A DNA stretch of 64,000 nucleotides from a virus: positions 7,712-71,711 of the IMG/VR virus record IMGVR_UViG_3300029049_000007; one strand, written 5' to 3'. This document shows positions 10,351 through 19,569 of this stretch, one piece after another. A program made the translations under genes and the position numbers. Under the pieces are notes generated by a model. It was given only the letters and a program-made list of their open reading frames with translations. It was not told the DNA's origin and did not search any database. How positions within the stretch are numbered: the first letter of the stretch is position 1; every line of letters begins with the position of its first letter.

Positions 10351-11361
10351 CTATATTTTGATTCGTCTCGCATATAGCTGATTCCATATTTCTTCTCCGT
10401 CATCAACCGGAGACATTTTGCTTTCGCTCAATATTTTCCGAGAATCTATTACCGCAAAAACATTTGCAAAGCGTCTTAAAATTTGCATCTTGTTTTTTAT
10501 TTCGTACAAACCCACATCATTGTCGTAAGCTATTACTACATTTTTAATCCCCATCGACAAGATGATTTTTATTTGTTCTATAGTTAAAACGCTAGTCTCC
10601 GAAGAAACCGCATTAAGCTGCTTCCCCCAAGACCATAGTTTCAAAACACTCTTTAATCCTTCAAAAATAATGATTTCATTTTTCTCTTTTATATAAGGAA
10701 GACTTTCTTTCATCCCGGCGAAAAAATCCGTTGTCCCTATTTTCGTATAATTCATATACTTTTGAATATTCAGACTTTTATAATTCGGAAATCTTGTTCG
10801 CCCCTTAAACCCAATCAAATTAAACTCCTTATCTCTGACAGGATAAACTATTCTATTTGAATGCGTGTCCACTCTGATTTGAAATTGTTTCATAACATCA
10901 GCAGAAATCCCCTCGTCTACCCACTCCTGCGGAACTTCATCACTATATCTTTCGATTCTTGATTCCGGCAAAATCTCTCGTTTTACAACTCCAACCCTTT
11001 TCTCTTCTTGCATTCGTTTTAGAGATTTATAATATCTAAGAGACTCACATACTTTCATCTCCGAAATATCTTTTCCCGAGAGTTGACATAGCTTTTCCGC
11101 CGCTTCTTTAAAAGATAGATGTTCCATTTTAATTAGCCAAGTAAGGAGATTTCCGCCTTGATGACATGATTGGCAATAAAAAGCATTTTTGCTCGGAGTG
11201 ATAAATAAAGAAGGTGTTTTATCTACATGAAGAGGACAATGAGCCGCATAAGTATCGCGACCTCTTTTCGTAAAATCAACACTTTGACTTGCATATTCTA
11301 ACAAATCTATTTGATTACACATCTCCTTAAGAGCTTCGCTGTCGTAATGCGTCTCAATCAC
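10351..11361 (-). CDS. dnaG: DNA primase (CHC2 zinc finger plus Toprim)
   Basis: Zinc finger CPLHVDKTPSL...FYCQSCHQGG. Toprim-like IIIFEG and VIAYDNDVGL. Confidence 0.8.
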   Translation of the reverse strand: MIETHYDSEALKEMCNQIDLLEYASQSVDFTKRGRDTYAAHCPLHVDKTPSLFITPSKNAFYCQSCHQGGNLLTWLIKMEHLSFKEAAEKLCQLSGKDISEMKVCESLRYYKSLKRMQEEKRVGVVKREILPESRIERYSDEVPQEWVDEGISADVMKQFQIRVDTHSNRIVYPVRDKEFNLIGFKGRTRFPNYKSLNIQKYMNYTKIGTTDFFAGMKESLPYIKEKNEIIIFEGLKSVLKLWSWGKQLNAVSSETSVLTIEQIKIILSMGIKNVVIAYDNDVGLYEIKNKMQILRRFANVFAVIDSRKILSESKMSPVDDGEEIWNQLYARRIKI

Positions 11362-11369
11362 CTACTTTC

Positions 11370-12698
11370 TTATGAAACAAATGGGAGTTTTTGCGGCTGT
11401 CTTGGCTGCCAAATCCTTGATGCACTCCCGTCGAATGACATAGAAATATATTCTCCTTCTCCTGTTTGTGGGCCATTCCTGTTTACTGGTATCCTAATTG
11501 CAAAGTTTCCATACTCTAACCCTCCATCTGACTGAATTTCTTCCGATGTCTTTTCTTGCCAAACCATAATAGTTGAAACGTAACGAGCAATTTTGTCGCT
11601 GTCTGCAATTTCGTCTTGCCTATTAAGCTGGGCTCCTGCAATAACCGCTAAATCAAGTTCTCCTCCGATTGTATTTTTTAAGAATGTAGTCATAGCTCCG
11701 AGTTGATTGTAGATTTCAGAAGAACTTCCTTCGTCTTCTTTTATGTAATCATATACGACTATTTCTAAGTTCATTTTATATTTCAATACTTTACAAATGG
11801 AGTATATTTCATCCTTCGAAGCATTTGGAACATACATATGAACAAAAGGAGCTTGTTTTAAAAACGCTTTTGCTCTCGTTAATCTTTCAGCTCCGGCGTT
11901 ATCAAATGTTCCATTCTTTATTGACTTTATAGTTAACCCTGTTAAATTGGATAATGCCCTTAGAAGAAAGGCTTTTGACGACATCTCAGTGTCGAGGTAT
12001 AGGACTGGAACACCATGTCTCAATTGGAACATGACTTCATTTAAGAAATAAAAACTCTTTCCTTTTTTCATTCTTGCTGCCAATAAAACAAGTTCCTTTT
12101 TCTCGTAAGTAAAATACTCGCTTAAAGCCGGAAATTTTGAAGGAAAGCCACAAATTCCATCATCTGTCCGAGAATCTTCTATCTCTTCTAATAATTCATC
12201 CATCATATCGCCGAACATTTTTATTTCATTGCTAATGAGGTATTGTTCGGTAAGCTTGTTATTTTTATCGTTTATCGACTTATTTAAATCATTAAGCGTA
12301 ATATCTGGATTGAAACACTGAGATTGAATTTCTACAGTGCTTTTATATGTGTCTCTTTTATAAGCACAAGTTATTACCGTGCCTACTAGAAATTTATATT
12401 CTTCTAAGCTATGCCGGGCGGCGTATTGAGCCATATTTATAAACTCTTGGATGTCTGTAAGATTATATGATTGAATTCTTTTCTTTACTGCCTGATTTGA
12501 ATTCAGCATACTACTTATGTTTATTGCGTCAATATTTTCTATTCCGTTTCTATATAACTCCTGTATCGCCCAAAAAATACAGCCATTACACACATCGTAG
12601 AAATATTTGGGCTTAAGATAATCTGTGTGCAGGATAAAATCCGGATGATATACAAGAGTTGCAATCACTCCTGACTCTGCTTGCTGATCCGAAATCAA
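11370..12698 (-). CDS. dnaB: replicative DNA helicase, DnaB family
   Basis: 442 aa. Walker A AARMKKGKS, and AGAQLNRQ matching the DnaB SQLNR motif. Confidence 0.8.
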   Translation of the reverse strand: MISDQQAESGVIATLVYHPDFILHTDYLKPKYFYDVCNGCIFWAIQELYRNGIENIDAINISSMLNSNQAVKKRIQSYNLTDIQEFINMAQYAARHSLEEYKFLVGTVITCAYKRDTYKSTVEIQSQCFNPDITLNDLNKSINDKNNKLTEQYLISNEIKMFGDMMDELLEEIEDSRTDDGICGFPSKFPALSEYFTYEKKELVLLAARMKKGKSFYFLNEVMFQLRHGVPVLYLDTEMSSKAFLLRALSNLTGLTIKSIKNGTFDNAGAERLTRAKAFLKQAPFVHMYVPNASKDEIYSICKVLKYKMNLEIVVYDYIKEDEGSSSEIYNQLGAMTTFLKNTIGGELDLAVIAGAQLNRQDEIADSDKIARYVSTIMVWQEKTSEEIQSDGGLEYGNFAIRIPVNRNGPQTGEGEYISMSFDGSASRIWQPRQPQKLPFVS

Positions 12699-12723
12699 CG
12701 ATAAGTCTGCCAGAATACCACTC

Positions 12724-13212
12724 CTATCCTAAGATATCTGCAAAGCTTTTGCGTTTGCGTTTGCTTGGTTTATATGTAAACGAAGATTCCATTTCTTCAT
12801 TGTCTTCAATTTTTTGCATATTTTTCTTCTGCTCAATTAAATATTCTCTATTTTTCTTTTCTGTGTATCCTTTAATTACGTTTTTATTCTGAATCACATA
12901 ATATAATCCTTGAGGGTAATTCAGCGTAATTTTATTGCTGATATAGTAGTTCAGTCCAAATAACAATAAGCCGCTATCTACTCCACGAGTAAACACAATG
13001 TTGTTTATTACTTTTCTTAGAACGGCGAAAACTACATTCGGATTCACATGTTCAGAAAATAATTCTACAATTTTATTAATATCCTCTTTGGTTTTATAGC
13101 AGTCTTTGTGGTAATATCTATTCCCTTCTTTGACTGCTTCAGAAGCAAGAACGTCTTTTGTTTCATGCTTGCAATGGTTATATCTGCATTTATATATCTT
13201 TTCTTTTGCCAT
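12724..13212 (-). CDS. hypothetical protein with N-terminal zinc-finger-like Cys/His cluster
   Basis: CRYNHCKHE...HKDCY. Sits between the helicase and SSB and could be a replisome accessory/loader. Confidence 0.35.
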   Translation of the reverse strand: MAKEKIYKCRYNHCKHETKDVLASEAVKEGNRYYHKDCYKTKEDINKIVELFSEHVNPNVVFAVLRKVINNIVFTRGVDSGLLLFGLNYYISNKITLNYPQGLYYVIQNKNVIKGYTEKKNREYLIEQKKNMQKIEDNEEMESSFTYKPSKRKRKSFADILG

Positions 13213-13262
13213 ATTACAATCGGAGAGCGCGAAGCCCTCCTACCTCCTTTAGCAAGACTTAG

Positions 13263-13673
13263 TTAAAATGGTAATTCGGCATCATCCCCGCTTGGAACCT
13301 GCATAAAAGCATCCTGTGGGTTAGGTGCTCCTTTGACTGATTCTACTGGTGCAGCTCCAGCACTTGAAGCTCCTTTACTTTCTACGAACTCTGCATTATC
13401 TACAATAACATCTGTGGTATACACCTTATTCCCTTCAGAATTAGTATAACTTCCTGTCTGAATTCTTCCAGTAATGGCAATTTTATCGCCTTTATGAAAA
13501 TACTTCTGAATAAACTCCCCAGTTTTTGCAAATGCAACACAATTAATAAAGTCAGAATCATACTGTCCGTCCTTATTCTTAAATCTTCTAGTAACTGCGG
13601 TAGTAAATCTAACCGCTCCGTTTCTTTCTTCTGGGTCTCTAGTTAATCTTCCAATTTCTACAACAAGATTCAT
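13263..13673 (-). CDS. ssb: single-stranded DNA-binding protein
   Basis: OB-fold N-terminal region, Gly/Ala-rich linker and an acidic C-terminal tail DDAELPF. Confidence 0.85.
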   Translation of the reverse strand: MNLVVEIGRLTRDPEERNGAVRFTTAVTRRFKNKDGQYDSDFINCVAFAKTGEFIQKYFHKGDKIAITGRIQTGSYTNSEGNKVYTTDVIVDNAEFVESKGASSAGAAPVESVKGAPNPQDAFMQVPSGDDAELPF

Positions 13674-13688
13674 ACATATCCTCCAATT

Positions 13689-14483
13689 TTATTCATACTT
13701 TTTATATTCGCAACAATTTCTATAATCACAAATAAATGTGCAGTGAAAGAACTCTTTCGTCGGCTCAAAATTCTCTTCTTCTTCTATCTTTTTTATAGTC
13801 TCAGAAAACCATTTTATTGTGTCTTCATATTCTTCCATCTGAAATGGGATTGTTGCCAGTTTCTTTTCCTTAAAATGATTCCACGTAATTTTTTGCGGAA
13901 ATTCTCCATACAGTTGCTTTACTGCATGACAATATAAATACATCTGCCTTTTATATGACTCAAAACTTTTTTTGGACTTAGCCAAAACCCCAGTGCCATC
14001 TTTCCTAAATGGATACGGTGCGCTTTTATGGTCAATAAGCCAGTATTCGCTAGTTTCTGTGTTTCTTAATAATAAATCAATGAATCCAAGAAAATTGTAT
14101 CCTTGAATGGTTAATTCTGTTCTTAGTTCAACGCCAACAACTTCATAACCCTTTGCCCAGCTAAAATCTTCTGTCACCAAATAATCCAGACATAAATCAT
14201 ATATCTTGTCCATAATGGATTTCTTGACTTTATAAAATACGGATTCATCGTAATGTTCAATAAAATAATTAGGAGCATCATCAATGGAGAGAGTGCCTTC
14301 AAAAATCTTCGCAAGAATTTCATGCATAAAAGACCCTACTTCGGCATAATAATTTCCCTCCGCCAAATACTCTTCCGCCCCGTCTTCTCCAAGTACATAT
14401 TTTATGTAATACATATATTTGCACTTATCAAAGCAATCTAGGCTACTAAATGAATGATGTTTTTTCAGCGAATCATTCGCCAA
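13689..14483 (-). CDS. PD-(D/E)XK nuclease, Cas4/RecB-like phage exonuclease
   Basis: N-terminal Cys (CFDKCKYMYY) and a C-terminal Cys cluster (CTFICDYRNCC) suggest an Fe-S cluster. GFIDLLL...WLIDHKS fits the D...(D/E)xK core. Confidence 0.6.
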   Translation of the reverse strand: MANDSLKKHHSFSSLDCFDKCKYMYYIKYVLGEDGAEEYLAEGNYYAEVGSFMHEILAKIFEGTLSIDDAPNYFIEHYDESVFYKVKKSIMDKIYDLCLDYLVTEDFSWAKGYEVVGVELRTELTIQGYNFLGFIDLLLRNTETSEYWLIDHKSAPYPFRKDGTGVLAKSKKSFESYKRQMYLYCHAVKQLYGEFPQKITWNHFKEKKLATIPFQMEEYEDTIKWFSETIKKIEEEENFEPTKEFFHCTFICDYRNCCEYKKYE

Positions 14484-14502
14484 ATACTATCTTCCTTCCG
14501 TT

Positions 14503-15135
14503 CTATTTTGTTCTAACCGCCATAAGCTGCGTTTTCAGTGTCTGTAAAATCTCTAAATCTTCAATCTTTGTATAATCTCCTCGAATATCTTCATCCGAAA
14601 TTACAGGAAATGCCTTCTTTTCTGCTTCTTTGCAAAGCTCTCCAACTTTTGCTCTTCCTTTTTCTGTTGTGCATTTCTTTGCGACAATATCCTTGATTAC
14701 AGACTTGATTTCGATTGTTTTTGCCGTATCTTCTGGGACATCTTCACCTTCGTATACATATAGACCTAAGCCGTGCATTGCGATCGCTTTTGTGAGACAT
14801 CTTTTAATTGACTTGTTTGCGTCTGTTGCGGTAATTTGGTCTGCCGGAATAGCTTTATTACTGAAATTCATAATTGCAAGCATTTCTGTGATAGTCTGTC
14901 CATTAATTGTTACAGAAACTTCTACCCACCCACTCTTGCCGTCGTCCAGCCAAGGTCTCTCAATTCCATTCTCCATCTGCTGTTTCTTAATCTCGAATGA
15001 AGCTTCTGGATAAACCTTTTTCACTTCCGCCCAAGCAGATGCCCACGGAAGATATGAGAGCTTATTTTTCTCTTTTACTTTCCCGGAAACATCAATAGAA
15101 TTTAAAACTTCAAAAACACTTTTTCCTTCTGACAT
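14503..15135 (-). CDS. Sak/Rad52-like single-strand annealing protein (DUF1071-like)
   Basis: LSYLPWASAWAEV motif typical of Sak-type annealases. Gene order with the Cas4-like nuclease and SSB. Confidence 0.5.
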   Translation of the reverse strand: MSEGKSVFEVLNSIDVSGKVKEKNKLSYLPWASAWAEVKKVYPEASFEIKKQQMENGIERPWLDDGKSGWVEVSVTINGQTITEMLAIMNFSNKAIPADQITATDANKSIKRCLTKAIAMHGLGLYVYEGEDVPEDTAKTIEIKSVIKDIVAKKCTTEKGRAKVGELCKEAEKKAFPVISDEDIRGDYTKIEDLEILQTLKTQLMAVRTK

Positions 15136-15207
15136 ACTTTCTCCTTTTTTATTTTGGGTTTATAAAAGCAGGGAGGTCAACCCCTGCAATTTAATGACTA
15201 ACTTCTT

Positions 15208-15552
15208 TTATTTCTTTCGACTTCCTTTTCGAGCCTCTTTGCGAGCTTTTGCCAGTTCCAGCTCTTTATCTCTACGATTCTTGAGCTTTCTCATAGCACT
15301 GTCCCACTTTCCAATATCAATCGGGCGATTATTTTTACATCTTCTGTTATTCTCTTCTAAGATGTATTTTTCTGTTCCCTCTTCGAATGGATTTGGTTTA
15401 TAAGAATAAGATTTTCCTTCTTCTCGGCGTTTTGCAAATTTCGCCATTCGTTTTTCGTGCTTTTCTCTCTTCTTATCTTTATTCTTTACGCGACGATTCT
15501 CCTGCTTGTATGTTTCGTAGTATTTCTTACGGTTCTTATTTGGTTTACTCAT
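15208..15552 (-). CDS. highly basic Lys/Arg-rich protein
   Basis: 114 aa, more than 35% K/R. Possible nucleic-acid-binding protein. Confidence 0.4.
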   Translation of the reverse strand: MSKPNKNRKKYYETYKQENRRVKNKDKKREKHEKRMAKFAKRREEGKSYSYKPNPFEEGTEKYILEENNRRCKNNRPIDIGKWDSAMRKLKNRRDKELELAKARKEARKGSRKK

Positions 15553-15573
15553 GAAAAATCCTCCTGCAATAAC

Positions 15574-15789
15574 TTATTCTATAATTTTTTTGATAGCTCT
15601 TATAAAAAGGCATATGAAATACCAGGGCATAAACCATCCGGCGAAAATAGCTACAAATAAAAGGAAAAATACCTTATCTCCTACATCACACCTATTTCCG
15701 GGAATAATTTGAGAAAATAAATCTTCAGTACACATAATGCCCCATATCGCTACAGATACTAATTCGCATATCAAAAGAAATAACCACAT
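15574..15789 (-). CDS. small membrane protein
   Basis: 71 aa, two hydrophobic helices. Confidence 0.35.
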   Translation of the reverse strand: MWLFLLICELVSVAIWGIMCTEDLFSQIIPGNRCDVGDKVFFLLFVAIFAGWFMPWYFICLFIRAIKKIIE

Positions 15790-15792
15790 AAA

Positions 15793-16656
15793 TTAATTGC
15801 CTCCGTTTGTAACCACTGCTCCAGCTCCCTGAGTCGTAATCCAACCATGCTCAAGTCTTGCTTCTGCCAGTTTCATTTCGATTAATTCTTTTGTGATACT
15901 CTTTGCGATTGTCTGATTAGATGCGGCTTCAGCTTCAGCTTTTGTCTTCTTAATTTCGGCGTTATTTTTTGCCTCCAGTAACTTAGTCTCATTTTCTACT
16001 TTTACAGTTTCCTGCTCAACCTGTGCCTGCTGTTTCTTCTGAAGTGCCTGCACACGATTTTCAACTGCCTGTTTAAGCTTCTTATCTAAATGAACGTCAA
16101 TAATAGAGGCATCCAATACTTCGATTCCGTACTTGCTGCTAAAATCTTTGTTTAGATATTCTGTGATTTTGTGATTGATCTCGCTTCTGTTTCCGGAGTA
16201 AATATCCATCATGCTATAATTTGTAGTAACTTCGGAAATTTTTGATTTGATAACCGTTTTTACTCGATTATTTACGATGTCTTCTCCGCTCATGCCTTTA
16301 AATTTCTTATATGTATCAACAACATTTTCTTCAATAAATCTATAGCTCATCTGAAAACTTAATCCAATACTTGCATCATCAGATGTTGCAACTTTAAAGG
16401 AATCGTCTCCTTCAGAACCTTCTCTTTTATCTTTTGAAAGTACCAACTGCTCATTTCCAATAGTAAACTCTTTTACTTTATGCATCGGCGGAACAAAGTG
16501 CCATCCCTCACGATATATCTCATCCTTAACTCCACCATTTGCAGAGTAAATAACTCCGACTTTACCGGCATCGATAACTTTTATATGCGTTACCGCAAAA
16601 ATTCCTCCAAAAATCGCAAATACTACTACTAAAACAAGTGCAATAATCTTTTTCAT
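15793..16656 (-). CDS. SPFH/band-7 (prohibitin/HflK-like) membrane protein
   Basis: N-terminal TM helix, SPFH core and a C-terminal coiled coil (KKQQAQVEQETVKVENETKLLEAKNNAE). Confidence 0.75.
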   Translation of the reverse strand: MKKIIALVLVVVFAIFGGIFAVTHIKVIDAGKVGVIYSANGGVKDEIYREGWHFVPPMHKVKEFTIGNEQLVLSKDKREGSEGDDSFKVATSDDASIGLSFQMSYRFIEENVVDTYKKFKGMSGEDIVNNRVKTVIKSKISEVTTNYSMMDIYSGNRSEINHKITEYLNKDFSSKYGIEVLDASIIDVHLDKKLKQAVENRVQALQKKQQAQVEQETVKVENETKLLEAKNNAEIKKTKAEAEAASNQTIAKSITKELIEMKLAEARLEHGWITTQGAGAVVTNGGN

Positions 16657-16820
16657 TCGCTTTTCTCCTTAAAATTCGTTACTTCTTTTTTAATTTTCAT
16701 CTCCATTTCGGAGTTCATATCGTCCATCTTCATCTTATTAAAGACTCTGTTGCCGATATAAACCAGCAATAGACCTATAAAACCCGCGATAAAAACTCCT
16801 ATTAGAAAAACCACAAACAA
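16653..16820 (-). CDS. small single-TM protein translationally coupled to the SPFH gene (not in ORF track)
   Basis: TTG start 9 nt after AGGAGG. 55 aa: LFVVFLIGVFIAGFIGLLLVYIG plus a charged tail. The stop overlaps the SPFH ATG as ATGA. Confidence 0.35.
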   Translation of the reverse strand: MFVVFLIGVFIAGFIGLLLVYIGNRVFNKMKMDDMNSEMEMKIKKEVTNFKEKSE

Positions 16821-16871
16821 AACTGCTTTCCTCCTCTTCTTATATTTAACAGATTATCAAGTCCTTGAATA

Positions 16872-17021
16872 TCATGTTTCATCCTCCGACTCGAAATCCT
16901 CCGTTGTATACAATCTCTGCTCGACGGAATAAGTTCCTTTGTCTTCTCCATCATCCGTAATGATAGTCATTGCAATCATCACTACGTCGTCTCTAAGCTG
17001 CAAATTAATTTTTCTTGCCAT
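16872..17021 (-). CDS. small acidic protein (not in ORF track)
   Basis: ATG directly after GGAGGG. 49 aa MARKINLQLRDDVVMIAM...EDFESEDET. Sits immediately downstream of the sigma-like gene. Confidence 0.3.
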   Translation of the reverse strand: MARKINLQLRDDVVMIAMTIITDDGEDKGTYSVEQRLYTTEDFESEDET

Positions 17022-17030
17022 AAGCCCTCC

Positions 17031-19427
17031 TTACGCTGCATCCTCAAGTTTCTCTTCTTTGTATGTCATATAGTTGTTTAAACTATTAAACATCATATTA
17101 TAATCTTCTGTATTTACCCCGGAAAATTTTACGTTTGTGCCGTAATTTTCAACGAGATTCTTAAACCATTCAATTGAAACGGCTTCATCCATTTCCAGTT
17201 CGTATGATTTAGCAACAATCTTCGTTAATGCCGGAATATTCTCTGCATCAAATATTCTTGAGTTATTATCCACTTCGGCGCTCCAATCATTTAGTGCAGA
17301 TGAGTACAGTTCCATATCGGAGATATCTTCTTCTGAGTATTTATTACCGGAAATAAATTCCTGAATGGCTTTATCCGAAGAATCATTCAATCCTTTTACG
17401 AACATTAAGCTTCCAACAGCGGCTCTTATTTTATTCATGTCTCCCGAAATCGCATTTTCCATAAGATTTGTTGAGCAGAAATCCTCCACATAATCGTCAA
17501 TTACGCTATTCGTCTCAAAAGATTCAACTCCTTCGGAAACTTCTATTCCTAAGAATTCATTCATCAATGATTCAATGTGTTCTAATTTCTTTCTAACTGC
17601 CGCTCTTCCTTTTGTTCCTGCGCTATAGTCAATGTCTTCTGTTGTGACTCCATCGACTTTTCTGTTATGTAACTCTTCTTTATACGCAACCAAAAATTCT
17701 ACAAACTTCTCATCTTCGGTTTCTGTGCGGCCAATCGCTGTCTTTGTAAACCGATCAAATAAAGTGAACCACACAAATGAATTCTTTGAATCAAATAAAT
17801 CACTCACTTCGTCAGTCACAACATCATAAAGCCTGTCAATAACTTCCTCTAAAGCATCAAACTGTTTTACCTTTGCATTTTCCTTCAGGTAAGTACAATT
17901 CACATCGTTGCTCTTGTTCCACTTATCTAAAAAGTTGATTGACATAATAGACTCAATAATTGTCCTGTCTAATTTGCCGTTATAAAATTCGGACAGACTA
18001 TAGTTTCCTTTTTCCTTGAAAAATGGCTTAACTGAAAGTGTTTTAACAATCTTGCTAAAATCTTCTCCGAGATATGTAATTCCTTTCTGGGCAACACTCA
18101 TAGGTTTTGACTGATTATATCTTCTGATATCATACTCAATCTGTTCCTTTGTGCAGTTAAGATTGAGCGTTATCTGAAGGTTATAATTCTTAAATCTTTC
18201 CTGTAATTCTTCTGGTAACTGAGAAAACTTCTTATTTCTAATATCGAATTCGCAATTAATCTTCTTCGGAATACCGTAACTATCGCAGACGATGTTTCCG
18301 TTTTCATCCTTCTCATTTGCCTGATATTCAATCATGCTCCGTTCTACATTTCTACTTATTTTAAATCCATCATTTAAGTATGAATAAATAGCTCCAACAA
18401 GTCTCTGTTTCCCATCTAAGAGCCATTTATAAGCAACGCCGTTAATGTATTGTTCTGCCAGCAGTAATGGAGGGATGGCATTTCCCTGTAATAAATCTGA
18501 TATTAAATTACTCTGCATAATTTTCGACCACTGACCTGACGCTCTCTGTAATGGATGATTGTCTAAAATACTCCGAGCATCTAACTGTAAACAGATTGAG
18601 ATTACAGATAATGCAATCATTTTTGTTTTTTCGCTTGTGCTTGTTGCTGGGGTTGCTGCTGCTTTGGGATTCTTCATAGATGGTTCTCCTTTAATAACTA
18701 CTTCTTTTTTTACTGTTTTATTTTTTGAACTGATTAAGCTTCTTGTCTTCTCAATAGATGTCATATCATTACAAAGCTCATAATACCTGCTTAATGTAAT
18801 TCCGAGTTTTTGCGCTATCTCTTCAAACGTGTATCCTTCAGACTTTAATTTCGCAATTTCCATCTGCATTGGACTTAATTTGCTGAAATATTCTGCTACT
18901 GCTGGACTACTCCATTCTCCGCAACTATCTAAGAATTCATCTTCTGCTGATGCTCCTCCTTCGATAAGTTCATATGGATTAGATTCCTCGTCATCCTCAG
19001 TGTAATCCAGAGATTCAATGAGTTTGTCTCCTCCGTTTTTGATGGCATTTCTCCGCGTCTGTTCCTGCTTAATCTTGTTCGACAAACAAGTATACAGATA
19101 TCCTTTAAAATCTCTTTTCCCGTCATAAGTATCCAGAATTTGTACGAATACTTCATTCGCAATTGAGTAGCAGTCATCTCGATCTGAGAAATTGGAAAAT
19201 CTATTCCGCTCAATAATCTTATCGACCATCTTTCTGATTTTCGCAGCATCGTTCCCATAATACTCTTCAATGATTTTTTCTTTATTCACTTTTACCTCTC
19301 TTTCGGACACTAACACTTTCAAGTGTCGCAGTACCCCGGCAAGGTTTTCCATATAACGGACGCATTTCACACCCGAAATATGGCTTAACCATGCGGTTTT
19401 AGGAAAGTCAACTAAGTAGTTTTTCAA
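17031..19427 (-). CDS. sigma-70 family (region 2 plus region 4) domain fused to DUF262/ParB-like (GmrSD N-terminal type) domain
   Basis: 798 aa with a TTG start. N-terminal about 230 aa carry sigma region 2.x (YLYTCLSNKIKQEQTRRNA) and a region 4 HTH (LSPMQMEIAKLKSEGYTFEEIAQKLGITLSRYYEL). A low-complexity linker follows. Then AIPPLLLAEQYINGVAYKWLLDGKQRLVGAI resembles the DUF262 IP...DGQQR core. Confidence 0.55.
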   Translation of the reverse strand: MKNYLVDFPKTAWLSHISGVKCVRYMENLAGVLRHLKVLVSEREVKVNKEKIIEEYYGNDAAKIRKMVDKIIERNRFSNFSDRDDCYSIANEVFVQILDTYDGKRDFKGYLYTCLSNKIKQEQTRRNAIKNGGDKLIESLDYTEDDEESNPYELIEGGASAEDEFLDSCGEWSSPAVAEYFSKLSPMQMEIAKLKSEGYTFEEIAQKLGITLSRYYELCNDMTSIEKTRSLISSKNKTVKKEVVIKGEPSMKNPKAAATPATSTSEKTKMIALSVISICLQLDARSILDNHPLQRASGQWSKIMQSNLISDLLQGNAIPPLLLAEQYINGVAYKWLLDGKQRLVGAIYSYLNDGFKISRNVERSMIEYQANEKDENGNIVCDSYGIPKKINCEFDIRNKKFSQLPEELQERFKNYNLQITLNLNCTKEQIEYDIRRYNQSKPMSVAQKGITYLGEDFSKIVKTLSVKPFFKEKGNYSLSEFYNGKLDRTIIESIMSINFLDKWNKSNDVNCTYLKENAKVKQFDALEEVIDRLYDVVTDEVSDLFDSKNSFVWFTLFDRFTKTAIGRTETEDEKFVEFLVAYKEELHNRKVDGVTTEDIDYSAGTKGRAAVRKKLEHIESLMNEFLGIEVSEGVESFETNSVIDDYVEDFCSTNLMENAISGDMNKIRAAVGSLMFVKGLNDSSDKAIQEFISGNKYSEEDISDMELYSSALNDWSAEVDNNSRIFDAENIPALTKIVAKSYELEMDEAVSIEWFKNLVENYGTNVKFSGVNTEDYNMMFNSLNNYMTYKEEKLEDAA

Positions 19428-19534
19428 TGTTTTCAGGGTGCAAACAACTGTTCGTTACACGAAAACATTTTTTTATATTGCGACTTTTCCCTATTATTTA
19501 GTTACTTTTTGGAAAATAATTAAGAAATTTTTAT

Positions 19535-19563
19535 TTGACCTAAAAAGAATTGTGTAGTAAGAT
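19535..19563 (+). promoter_or_regulatory. sigma-A-like promoter (TTGACC, 17 nt spacer, TAAGAT) driving a rightward small transcript antisense to the gene array
   Basis: Read directly: -35 TTGACC at 19535-19540 and -10 TAAGAT at 19558-19563. Confidence 0.35.
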
Positions 19564-19569
19564 AAAGAA

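Noticed and set aside
18929-19270. 113-aa minus-strand ORF nested in another frame inside the sigma/DUF262 gene
   Set aside because: Fully embedded in a long, motif-bearing ORF. Typical spurious alternative frame.
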